This document shows positions 18,573 to 26,395 of a stretch of DNA of 64,000 nucleotides, one piece after another (within the stretch, counting starts at the first letter, position 1; each line of letters opens with the position of its first letter). Under the pieces are notes generated by a model. That model had not been told where the DNA came from, made no database searches, and saw nothing but the letters and a program-made list of their open reading frames with translations. Origin of the DNA: an uncultured bacterium. Its GTDB lineage: Bacteria > Patescibacteriota > Saccharimonadia > Saccharimonadales > Saccharimonadaceae. Both the position numbers and the translations under genes were made by a program. The stretch spans positions 16,960-80,959 of the forward strand of contig CAIUMO010000001.1 of the NCBI GenBank assembly GCA_903900345.1. Reading direction: 5' to 3'.

Positions 18573-19496
18573 ATGACAAAAGTTATTCACAACCCAGCAC
18601 TATCAAACATCGAAGAGATCAGCTCTACTAGCGCGACGTTCAATATCGAACCGCTACACGCTGGTTACGGTAACACGCTTGGTAACAGTTTGCGACGCGT
18701 TTTGCTTTCAAGTATCGAAGGGGCTGCTGTTGTAGCTTTCCGTGTTGAAGGTGCTAGCCATGAGTTCACAACGGTTGCTGGCGTCAAAGAAGACGTTATC
18801 GACATCATAATGAATGTAAAAAATATTCGCCTGAAGTCATTCAGCGATAAGCCAGTCGAACTACGCCTCGAGAAAAAGGGCGCAGGTATCGTTACTGCCG
18901 GTGATATCAAGACCACAGCTGACGTCGAGGTTATCAACCCTGACCAAATCATCTGTACGATTGACGATCCAAAGAAATCAATCATTATGGACTTCGTAAT
19001 TGAAGTTGGCCGTGGTTACCAAACAATCGAAGATTCAAGTGCTAAACGACTACACAGCGACATGATTGCCGTTGACGCTATCTTTAGCCCAGTTCTACGC
19101 GTTCGTTACAAAGTTGAAGGTACTCGTGTTGGTCAAGAGACTAACCTCGACAGCCTAGCTTTAACGATTGAAACTGATGGTTCATTAACTCCACGCCAAG
19201 CTTTTGAAGAAGCCGCAGCTATCCTTGTTAACCAATACACAGCTCTTGCTGGATCAACTGTTGTTGCATCCGCACCTGCTCTTGGCCAAGACAAAGACAG
19301 TGAAATGAGTGAATTGAATACACCTATCGAAGAATTGAATTTAACAGCTCGAACCGCCAATGCCTTGATCAACAACGACATCCGCACAGTTCACGATCTT
19401 GTCACTTTAAGTGAACAAGACCTACGCGAACTAAAGGGTTTCGGATCAAAAGCGCTTGACGAAGTCAAAGAAAAATTGGCGGAATTGGAACTTTAA
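18573..19496 (+). CDS. rpoA: DNA-directed RNA polymerase subunit alpha
   Basis: 307 aa. N-terminal dimerisation domain (GYGNTLGNSLRRVLLSSI) and alpha-CTD (ELNLTARTANAL). Confidence 0.96.
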   Translation: MTKVIHNPALSNIEEISSTSATFNIEPLHAGYGNTLGNSLRRVLLSSIEGAAVVAFRVEGASHEFTTVAGVKEDVIDIIMNVKNIRLKSFSDKPVELRLEKKGAGIVTAGDIKTTADVEVINPDQIICTIDDPKKSIIMDFVIEVGRGYQTIEDSSAKRLHSDMIAVDAIFSPVLRVRYKVEGTRVGQETNLDSLALTIETDGSLTPRQAFEEAAAILVNQYTALAGSTVVASAPALGQDKDSEMSELNTPIEELNLTARTANALINNDIRTVHDLVTLSEQDLRELKGFGSKALDEVKEKLAELEL

Positions 19497-19498
19497 TT

Positions 19499-19903
19499 AT
19501 GCATCGACACGGATATATTGGACGTAAGTTTGGTCGCGAAACCGACCAACGACACGCGCTACTGAAAGGATTAGCGACTAGTTTGGTTATGCAAACCAAA
19601 ATCGAAACGACTTTGCCTAAAGCCAAAGAACTAGTTCGTTACATCGAAAAACTAATTACCAAAGCTAAAAAAGGTGACCTACACAATCGCCGCCAAGTTA
19701 TTGCTGGACTCAGCACCGAAACTGCTGCTTTCAAACTGTTTGACGAAATTGCACCTCAGTTGACTGGTCGAACCAGTGGACATGTGCGCGTTGAACGAAC
19801 TGAATTGCGCGTTGGTGATGGTACGCAAATGGCAACAATTTCATTTGTTGATGAGCTAAAATCCATTCCAAAAGAGCTAAAAACTAAGGAGGTTAAAGCG
19901 TAA
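19499..19903 (+). CDS. rplQ: 50S ribosomal protein L17
   Basis: 134 aa. MHRHGYIGRKFGRETDQR and LITKAK motifs. Follows rpoA. Confidence 0.93.
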   Translation: MHRHGYIGRKFGRETDQRHALLKGLATSLVMQTKIETTLPKAKELVRYIEKLITKAKKGDLHNRRQVIAGLSTETAAFKLFDEIAPQLTGRTSGHVRVERTELRVGDGTQMATISFVDELKSIPKELKTKEVKA

Positions 19904-20346
19904 TGGTTGTCAATTCAAAAACGTATTCGCAAAAACCAACCGAAGTAACTAGGCGTTGGATTCTGATTGATGCTTCAACTGCGACTATAGGCCGCGTTGC
20001 ATCAGCTGCTGCTAAATACCTAATCGGTAAATACAAACCAACTTACACTGCCCACGTTGATGGTGGTGACTATGTTGTGATTATCAATGCCGAAAAGGTT
20101 CAATCAACTGGCGACAAAGAAGTTGCTAAAAAGTATTACCGACACTCAGGTTTTCCTGGCGGTATTACCGAATTAAACCTCGGTCAATTACGCGAAAAGA
20201 CTCCCGAGAGAATTCTTGAATTAGCTATCAAAGGCATGATTCCTGTTAATAAACTCGCTTCTGATCGTCTAGCACGACTACGTGTCTTTAAGGGTGAAAA
20301 TCACACTCATACTGCACAAACTCCCGAGAAAGTAGAGGTTAAATAA
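19903..20346 (+). CDS. rplM: 50S ribosomal protein L13
   Basis: 147 aa. W.LIDA....GR.AS..A..L.GK motif. Confidence 0.95.
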   Translation: MVVNSKTYSQKPTEVTRRWILIDASTATIGRVASAAAKYLIGKYKPTYTAHVDGGDYVVIINAEKVQSTGDKEVAKKYYRHSGFPGGITELNLGQLREKTPERILELAIKGMIPVNKLASDRLARLRVFKGENHTHTAQTPEKVEVK

Positions 20347-20347
20347 T

Positions 20348-20746
20348 ATGGCTGAATCTAAATATTTTTACGGTCTAGGACGACGCAAAAGTGCGACAGC
20401 TCAAGTTCGTTTGTTCCCTGGTAAAGGCAAACTAACGATCAACAACAAACCAGCTGCTGAATATTTTAACGACAACAAAACACTTTTGGCTGAAATTACA
20501 GATCCACTAGCGTTAGTTAAAAAACAAGCTGACTTCGACGTTACTGTTGTTGTCAAAGGTGGTGGTGTAGCTGGTCAAGTTGATGCTATTAAATTAGCGA
20601 TTGCCAAGGCAATTACAACTGGCTTTAGCGACCTACGCTCAACTCTTAAAAAAGCTGAGTTCCTAAAACGCGATGCTCGCGAAAAAGAACGCAAGAAATA
20701 CGGTCTACGTTCAGCTCGCAAGCGCGAACAGTTCTCAAAACGCTAA
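20348..20746 (+). CDS. rpsI: 30S ribosomal protein S9
   Basis: 132 aa. GLGRRKSATAQVRL and a C-terminal ...REQFSKR. Confidence 0.96.
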   Translation: MAESKYFYGLGRRKSATAQVRLFPGKGKLTINNKPAAEYFNDNKTLLAEITDPLALVKKQADFDVTVVVKGGGVAGQVDAIKLAIAKAITTGFSDLRSTLKKAEFLKRDAREKERKKYGLRSARKREQFSKR

Positions 20747-20768
20747 TCGTTTTAAGATAACATATATT

Positions 20769-20796
20769 AACTCCTCTGTTATAAGAGGAGTTTTTA
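20769..20796 (+). terminator. Intrinsic terminator after rpsI
   Basis: AACTCCTCT-GTTATA-AGAGGAGTT, 9-bp stem, then TTTA. Confidence 0.65.
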
Positions 20797-20871
20797 TGTT
20801 ATAATAAAGATGATAAGTAAATTAAATACAAATAAGCAATCAAAAGCTAAGCTGCTATAATAAGGATTAAT

Positions 20872-21912
20872 ATGACAAAACCTGTAATTTTAACTGGAAT
20901 TCGAGCCAATAATGATTTAACTATCGGTAATTATTTTGGTGCAATCTTGCCAATTATTGACATGGCCAAAAAGCGTTCAGCTGATTATCAAATCAATATG
21001 TTTATTCCTGATTTGCATAGTTTTACGACGCCAATTGACCACAGTAATTTGTATAATCAAATCATTCACAACGCACGTCTTTTTGTGGCTGCTGGTTTGC
21101 CAATTGATAATGACAGCATTTATCTGTATCGCCAAAGTTACATCCCAGCCCACAGTGAAATGACTTGGATTTTGGATTGTTTTACTGGTTTTGGCGAGAT
21201 GAGCCGTATGATTCAATTCAAAGATAAATCAGGCGCAATAGGCGATGATCGAACGAGTGTTGGATTATTTAACTACCCAGTTTTGATGGCCGCTGACATC
21301 TTATTGTATAACGCCCAATACGTACCAGTTGGCGAAGACCAAAGTCAACATTTAGAATTTACACGCGACATTGGTGAACGCATGAACAGCCGTTTTGGTG
21401 ATATATTTACCATTCCTGACGCTGTTAAATCGCAACACGAATTTTTTGGTAATGACCAAGGCCTACGCATCAAGGACTTAATCGATCCAACTAAAAAGAT
21501 GAGCAAAAGCGACGAATCTGGCCGTGGTGTAATCTTTCTTAGTGACACACCTGCCGACGCTGCCAAAAAGGTAATGGGCGCAACAACCGACAACTTGGCA
21601 TCAATTCATTTTGACCGTGTTAATCAACCAGGTATCAGCAATCTACTAGAAATCTTGGCATTGCTACGTGGCGTATCACGCGACAGTGTTGTGGCTGAAT
21701 TTGAAGGCCAAACTAAGTATGGTGAATTTAAATCAATCGTTGCCGGTGAAGTTGAAAAGTTTTTGACAGACTTCCAATCACGCTTGGCCTTGGTTGATGA
21801 TGCCGCCGTACTGGCTAAACTTGAACAATCCGAACGCGATATGACGCCAATTGCTAATGCCACACTGCTGCGAGCTCAACAGACTGTCGGTCTAAGGCCC
21901 AAGGCTAATTAA
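20872..21912 (+). CDS. trpS: Tryptophan--tRNA ligase
   Basis: 346 aa. TrpRS-type TIGN (HIGH-equivalent) motif and KMSKSD. Confidence 0.92.
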   Translation: MTKPVILTGIRANNDLTIGNYFGAILPIIDMAKKRSADYQINMFIPDLHSFTTPIDHSNLYNQIIHNARLFVAAGLPIDNDSIYLYRQSYIPAHSEMTWILDCFTGFGEMSRMIQFKDKSGAIGDDRTSVGLFNYPVLMAADILLYNAQYVPVGEDQSQHLEFTRDIGERMNSRFGDIFTIPDAVKSQHEFFGNDQGLRIKDLIDPTKKMSKSDESGRGVIFLSDTPADAAKKVMGATTDNLASIHFDRVNQPGISNLLEILALLRGVSRDSVVAEFEGQTKYGEFKSIVAGEVEKFLTDFQSRLALVDDAAVLAKLEQSERDMTPIANATLLRAQQTVGLRPKAN

Positions 21913-23078
21913 TGGTTAAACTATCAAGTCGTGATGCTTTGGACGTCCTGCGCCGCTATAAACTGGCAGGTAATGATAATGTGCCGCGCAATATCGAGAA
22001 CATCAAGACTTCTCATCCTAAACCATCAAACACATTAATAGCGTTCAGATTTAATAAACAACAATTCTATATCTTGTTTGACGATACCGCCGAGGATAAT
22101 GTAGATTACGTTATATCTCAAATTAAAACCGTCAAAAACAATATGATGGGCCAACTGGCGATTAATCCAAACGACGAGACTTCGACCTATGCGCTGCCTT
22201 TTAAGGGCAAAGAATGTTATCTGTTCACAGTTATCTCAGACAAAAAGCGGCTTGATGGTGAACTGGCGCGACGCTACCCTGATACTTCACGTAGCACTTG
22301 GCAAAAATATATCAAAGCCGGCCACGTCAGCATTAATGGCAAAGTTGTTACATCATCCAAGCAAGATGTGACGGATGTCGATTTGATCGCGATTAACAAG
22401 CCCGAAGCAACCGATTTCAGTAAAAGTGAATTACCGATTATATATATTGACGATAACGTTATTGTGATTAACAAACCGATTGGCGTTTTGTCGCATTCCA
22501 AAGGCGCTATGAACGATGAATTTACAGTAGCTAGCTTTTTCGGACGCTATTCAACTTATAATATCGAAACTAATCGCCCTGGTATTGTTCATCGTCTGGA
22601 TCGTGATACTAGCGGCGTGATGATTGGCGCCCGAAACCTCGAAACTGCAACGCTGTTGCAAAAGCAATTCGCTGATCGCAAAACCAAAAAGACTTACGTT
22701 GCCATCTTGGATGGTGTTCCAAAACTTGATATCGCCAATATTGATCTGCCGATTAATCGCAATCCATCCAAACCGAGCACCTTTCGAGTTGATAGTAACG
22801 GTAAATCAGCTGTTACTAAATATGAAGTTCTTGCCCGTGACGACAAGTATTCGTTAGTTAAATTGCAACCTCAAACTGGTCGTACTCACCAGCTACGCGT
22901 TCATATGGGCTATTTGAACACGCCTATTTTGGGTGATAAAGTTTACGGTCAACCGGCTAAACGTTTGTATCTGCACGCCTACAGTTTGGAAATAACCATT
23001 CCAAGTGGTAGCCGTCAAACATTCACAGCACCTGTTCCGTCAGATTTTAACGATTATTTTCCAAATATATCTTTATGA
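21912..23078 (+). CDS. RluA/RluD-family pseudouridine synthase with S4 domain and ~115-aa unknown N-terminal extension
   Basis: 388 aa. Catalytic HRLDRDTSGVM motif and GRTHQLRVH. S4-like segment RLDGELARRY... Confidence 0.85.
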   Translation: MVKLSSRDALDVLRRYKLAGNDNVPRNIENIKTSHPKPSNTLIAFRFNKQQFYILFDDTAEDNVDYVISQIKTVKNNMMGQLAINPNDETSTYALPFKGKECYLFTVISDKKRLDGELARRYPDTSRSTWQKYIKAGHVSINGKVVTSSKQDVTDVDLIAINKPEATDFSKSELPIIYIDDNVIVINKPIGVLSHSKGAMNDEFTVASFFGRYSTYNIETNRPGIVHRLDRDTSGVMIGARNLETATLLQKQFADRKTKKTYVAILDGVPKLDIANIDLPINRNPSKPSTFRVDSNGKSAVTKYEVLARDDKYSLVKLQPQTGRTHQLRVHMGYLNTPILGDKVYGQPAKRLYLHAYSLEITIPSGSRQTFTAPVPSDFNDYFPNISL

Positions 23079-23905
23079 ATAAGCCAATCCTCAATCCAGC
23101 CAGCGAAAAAACTTTAATCGCTATTACCAAAAACATGCCGCAGTCATTACTGTTAACTGGCGAAAATGGTGTTGGTTTAAGTGTTGCTGGTCTTTATATT
23201 GCTGAGTTGGTTCAGATTGAGCCGACTATTATCTTGCCTGAAAAGGACGAGAAGATTGACTTGGATAAAGGCATTATCAGCGTCGATATTATGCGCCGTC
23301 TGTACGACGAAACTCGTACCAAAACTTCAGGCGAACGTATTATCATTATTGACTATGCCGAGCGAATGACTAGTCAAGCGCAAAACGCCTTTTTGAAACT
23401 GCTTGAAGAACCAGGTTTGGGTGTACATTTTATCCTAGTGTCGCATTCATTATCTAAATTATTACCAACAATCTTGTCTCGTACCGAAAAACTTGAGATT
23501 AAACCAATTACAGAGGTTCAATCGAATCAACTATTGGACGATTTAAATGTGAATGACAAGACAAAACGTTCACAGTTATTGTTTATCGCCAGCGGCTTGC
23601 CGGCTGAATTGACGCGTTTAATCAACGACGAAACATATTTTACTAAACGTGGCCTGACTGTCCGTGACGCTAGAGATTTGATTAACGGTAATAATTATCA
23701 AAAATTATTGATTGCTCAAAGATACAAAGACGATAGGGCGGGTGTTTTGGTATTACTGTTGGACATGGCTAATATTTTAAAGCACAGTATCGTGACCAGC
23801 CCTCAAATTGACAAGATCAGCCGGATTGATGCTATCTTGGATGCTTATCAACAAATTGAATCTAACGGTAATATTCGCCTCTGTTTGGCGCGGATGGTTT
23901 TATAA
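23075..23905 (+). CDS. holB: DNA polymerase III delta'-like clamp-loader subunit
   Basis: 276 aa. Degenerate P-loop LLLTGENGVGLS, sensor region AQNAFLKLLEEP, and SRTEKLEI. Confidence 0.7.
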   Translation: MNKPILNPASEKTLIAITKNMPQSLLLTGENGVGLSVAGLYIAELVQIEPTIILPEKDEKIDLDKGIISVDIMRRLYDETRTKTSGERIIIIDYAERMTSQAQNAFLKLLEEPGLGVHFILVSHSLSKLLPTILSRTEKLEIKPITEVQSNQLLDDLNVNDKTKRSQLLFIASGLPAELTRLINDETYFTKRGLTVRDARDLINGNNYQKLLIAQRYKDDRAGVLVLLLDMANILKHSIVTSPQIDKISRIDAILDAYQQIESNGNIRLCLARMVL

Positions 23906-23927
23906 TCTGTTATAATATTAGGCAGAT

Positions 23928-24581
23928 ATGTTAAGTCTGTTATTAGTTATATTGCTGGGTGTCTGGGTGATTTATCAGCCACAGACGGCTGCTGAGATTG
24001 CTTCAGATTTACCAGCTAAATTATCTGAAAAGCTTAAACAATTGTGGACGATCGCCCAAGAATCGCTGCAGACTAATAAATACTTACGTGCTGAAAAGGC
24101 CCTGCTGACTATTCTGCGCGTCGATGAACGCAATGCCAGCGCTTATAATCGCCTAGGTATTTTGTATGCCAAACAAAAATCATTCAAAGATGCAATTGAG
24201 TGTTTTGAAATCGCTCAGTCGTTAGAGCCAAGCGCTAGTAGTTTACATAACGTCGGTCTGATTCATTTTGAAACCGGTAGTTATGAAAAGGCTGGATTGG
24301 CCTTTGAGCAAGCTTTAGCAATCGACAGCAATCTGGCGTCTCGCCATATCGCCTATGCTAAGGTTCAAGAAAAATTAGGTAATCACAAAAAGATGATTGA
24401 ATCGCTCGAAAAGGCGGTTGAATTAGATCCAATTCCACAGACTTTAAATATTCTAGCCGATGCTTATGAGCGAGTTGGACAGACCGAGTTGTCACTTAAA
24501 CTCCGCGAAAAGTCAGCCAAGATGATTATTCCTCAAGGTCAACCACGACGAGTCCAACAGCCACGACGCGTGGTGATGTAA
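23928..24581 (+). CDS. Membrane-anchored TPR-repeat protein
   Basis: N-terminal hydrophobic helix, then repeated A..Y..LG..Y......A...F..AL..P TPR-like units. Confidence 0.7.
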   Translation: MLSLLLVILLGVWVIYQPQTAAEIASDLPAKLSEKLKQLWTIAQESLQTNKYLRAEKALLTILRVDERNASAYNRLGILYAKQKSFKDAIECFEIAQSLEPSASSLHNVGLIHFETGSYEKAGLAFEQALAIDSNLASRHIAYAKVQEKLGNHKKMIESLEKAVELDPIPQTLNILADAYERVGQTELSLKLREKSAKMIIPQGQPRRVQQPRRVVM

Positions 24582-24587
24582 ATAAAA

Positions 24588-24617
24588 ATATCCACCGGCA
24601 AGGGTGGGTATTTTATT
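24588..24617. terminator. Bidirectional terminator between the TPR gene and convergent tRNA genes
   Basis: ATATCCACC-GGCAAG-GGTGGGTAT (9 bp including one G.U), flanked by an A-run upstream and a T-run downstream. Confidence 0.6.
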
Positions 24618-24702
24618 TGGTGCTGAGAGAAGGACTCGAACCTTCGGAGCCGAAAGGCGGGAGATTTACAGTCTCCTGTGATTGCCACTACACGATCTCA
24701 GC
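24618..24702 (-). tRNA. tRNA-Tyr(GUA), long variable arm, CCA encoded
   Basis: The reverse complement GCTGAGATCGTGTAGTGGC...GGAGACTGTAAATCTCC...GGTTCGAGTCC...CAGCACCA folds as a cloverleaf. Anticodon loop is CTGTAAA. Confidence 0.9.
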
Positions 24703-24707
24703 GTACT

Positions 24708-24782
24708 TGGAGCCGACTTTCGGGCTTGAACCGAAGACCTGCTGTTTACAAAACAGCTGCTCTACCACTGAGCTAAGTCGGC
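24708..24782 (-). tRNA. tRNA-Thr(UGU), CCA encoded
   Basis: Reverse complement is GCCGACTTAGCTCAGTGGTAGAGCA GCTGT TTTGTAA ACAGC ...GGTTCAAGCCCGAAAGTCGGCTCCA. The 7-bp acceptor pairs perfectly. Confidence 0.9.
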
Positions 24783-24874
24783 ATAATATTTAAAGTACAG
24801 ATATAAGTGTACAAAACATCTTGATTTAATGCAATAAGTAGTCAGGTTATCGCTTATGATAAAATAGACGAAGT

Positions 24875-25486
24875 ATGTTAGATGAAAGCAAGCTCAGAGA
24901 ATTGTACATCAACCAAAAACTATCAGTGACAGAGATATCAAAATTAATGATTTGCTCAATTCATAAAGTAAATTACTGGATGGATAAATACGGCATTAAA
25001 CGCCGTTCGATTAGTGAGGCAATATATCAAAAGAATAATCCAAATGGCGATCCTTTCAAAATTAAAACTATCACTACCGTCCAAGATGCAGAATTGCTTG
25101 GTATTGGAATTGGTCTTTATTGGGGCGAAGGTAATAAATTAAGTAAACACTCTGTTAGGCTGGGAAATACTGATCCAGGAATTATTAAAACGTTCATAAA
25201 GTTTTTAGTAGAAATATGCGGTATAAATACTGGTAAACTACGATATAGCCTGCAAATATTCAGTGACGTCGATCCACAACAGGCGCTTGATTATTGGAAG
25301 TCTAAATTGAAGGTAGATGAGTCTCAGTTTACAAAGGTAATCGTTACACCTGCACGTGGCGTCGGTACTTATCGCAACAAAAATATGAACGGAGTTTTAA
25401 CAGTTAACTTCCATAATTACAAATTAAGAGATATAATCGTATCAATGTGCCGCGATAGCTCAGCCGGTAGAGCGCAAACTCGGTAA
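24875..25486 (+). CDS. Free-standing LAGLIDADG-like homing-endonuclease-family protein with N-terminal HTH
   Basis: 203 aa. HTH-like LSVTEISKLMICSIHKVNYWMDKYGI. Single LAGLIDADG-like motif AELLGIGIGLYWGEGN (aa 72-87). The 3' 38 nt overlap tRNA-Thr(GGU). Confidence 0.5.
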   Translation: MLDESKLRELYINQKLSVTEISKLMICSIHKVNYWMDKYGIKRRSISEAIYQKNNPNGDPFKIKTITTVQDAELLGIGIGLYWGEGNKLSKHSVRLGNTDPGIIKTFIKFLVEICGINTGKLRYSLQIFSDVDPQQALDYWKSKLKVDESQFTKVIVTPARGVGTYRNKNMNGVLTVNFHNYKLRDIIVSMCRDSSAGRAQTR

Positions 25487-25524
25487 GTTTGAGGTCTCGG
25501 GTTCGATTCCCGATCGTGGCTCCA
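25449..25524 (+). tRNA. tRNA-Thr(GGU), CCA encoded
   Basis: GCCGCGA TA GCTCAGCCGGTAGAGC G CAAAC TCGGTAA GTTTG AGGTC TCGGG TTCGATT CCCGA TCGTGGC T CCA. Acceptor has 7 bp with one G.U. Confidence 0.9.
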
Positions 25525-25534
25525 TTTGTAATTT

Positions 25535-25558
25535 AACCGCCCAATTAGGGCGGTTTTT
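25535..25558 (+). terminator. Intrinsic terminator after tRNA-Thr(GGU)
   Basis: AACCGCCC-AATTA-GGGCGGTT followed by TTTG. Confidence 0.65.
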
Positions 25559-25572
25559 GTTATAATGGACAC

Positions 25573-26067
25573 ATGGCAACATTTAGTTTTGACACCGTAT
25601 CTGAATATGACAAAGCCGAAATGAATAACGTTTTCGCAATGGTCGAAAAAGAAATTAGTAATCGCTATGATTTTAAAGGCACGCCCGCCGAGATTGATTG
25701 GATGGATGACAAGGCTGGATTTAAAGTTATTGGCGCTAATGAGTGGCAAATTGACAGTATAATTGATATTATTCGTAAAAAGTTAGCATCTCGCGATCAA
25801 AGTAGTAAAACTATTGATATGAGCAAAGATGTTATCATCAGTAATCTAAAGGCGACCAAACAACTGCCGTTTATCGCTGGCCTTGATCAAGACAAAGCTA
25901 AGCTTATTACCAAGCTTTTAAGAGATAAATTGCCCAAAGTAAAAGCCCAAATTCAAGGTGAAACCGTTCGAGTCACAAGCAACAGCAAAGACGATTTGCA
26001 GGTTGCTATGCAGCTAATTCGGGCCGAGGACTTCGATTTTCCAGTCGGATTTAATAATTATAGATAA
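25573..26067 (+). CDS. yajQ: YajQ-family (UPF0234) nucleotide-binding protein
   Basis: 164 aa. N-terminus ATFSFDTVSEYDKAEMNN matches the YajQ pattern PSFDIVSE.D..E..NA. Confidence 0.85.
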   Translation: MATFSFDTVSEYDKAEMNNVFAMVEKEISNRYDFKGTPAEIDWMDDKAGFKVIGANEWQIDSIIDIIRKKLASRDQSSKTIDMSKDVIISNLKATKQLPFIAGLDQDKAKLITKLLRDKLPKVKAQIQGETVRVTSNSKDDLQVAMQLIRAEDFDFPVGFNNYR

Positions 26068-26072
26068 GCGAC

Positions 26073-26101
26073 TTGCCGCCGCCGATGTTATTTGCTATAA
26101 T
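26073..26101 (+). promoter_or_regulatory. Sigma70-like promoter for rpmG
   Basis: TTGCCG (26073-26078), 17-nt spacer, TATAAT (26096-26101) with upstream TGC. Confidence 0.5.
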
Positions 26102-26137
26102 CTCATCTAATAGTCTGTACAAAATATAAGGAATTTT

Positions 26138-26344
26138 ATGGCAAAAAAGAATACAAAGCGCAAATTAGTTGGTTTAGTAAGTACTCTAACTGGTCACCGT
26201 AGTTATTACACGACCAAGAATACTCAAAACACGACCGAAAAGATCTCGATCAAAAAGTATGATCCGATCGCTCGCGTTCACGCACTCTATACCGAAACCA
26301 AAAAGAACCTTGGCCGCAACGAAATCAAACCTCGCAAAGGTTAA
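26138..26344 (+). CDS. rpmG: 50S ribosomal protein L33 (Cys-less, C-terminally extended)
   Basis: 68 aa. YYTTKNTQNTTEKISIKKYDP...H..Y.E.K matches L33 ([22 protein letters not shown]). Zinc-knuckle Cys positions are replaced. Confidence 0.85.
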   Translation: MAKKNTKRKLVGLVSTLTGHRSYYTTKNTQNTTEKISIKKYDPIARVHALYTETKKNLGRNEIKPRKG

Positions 26345-26359
26345 TTCAAACTGCTGATC

Positions 26360-26395
26360 AATAAATAACTCCGAATAATCTCGGAGTTATTTATT
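26360..26395. terminator. Bidirectional terminator between rpmG (+) and the GH15 gene (-)
   Basis: AATAAATAACTCCGA-ATAATC-TCGGAGTTATTTATT, 15-bp stem. The right arm overlaps the last GH15 codons. Confidence 0.6.
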
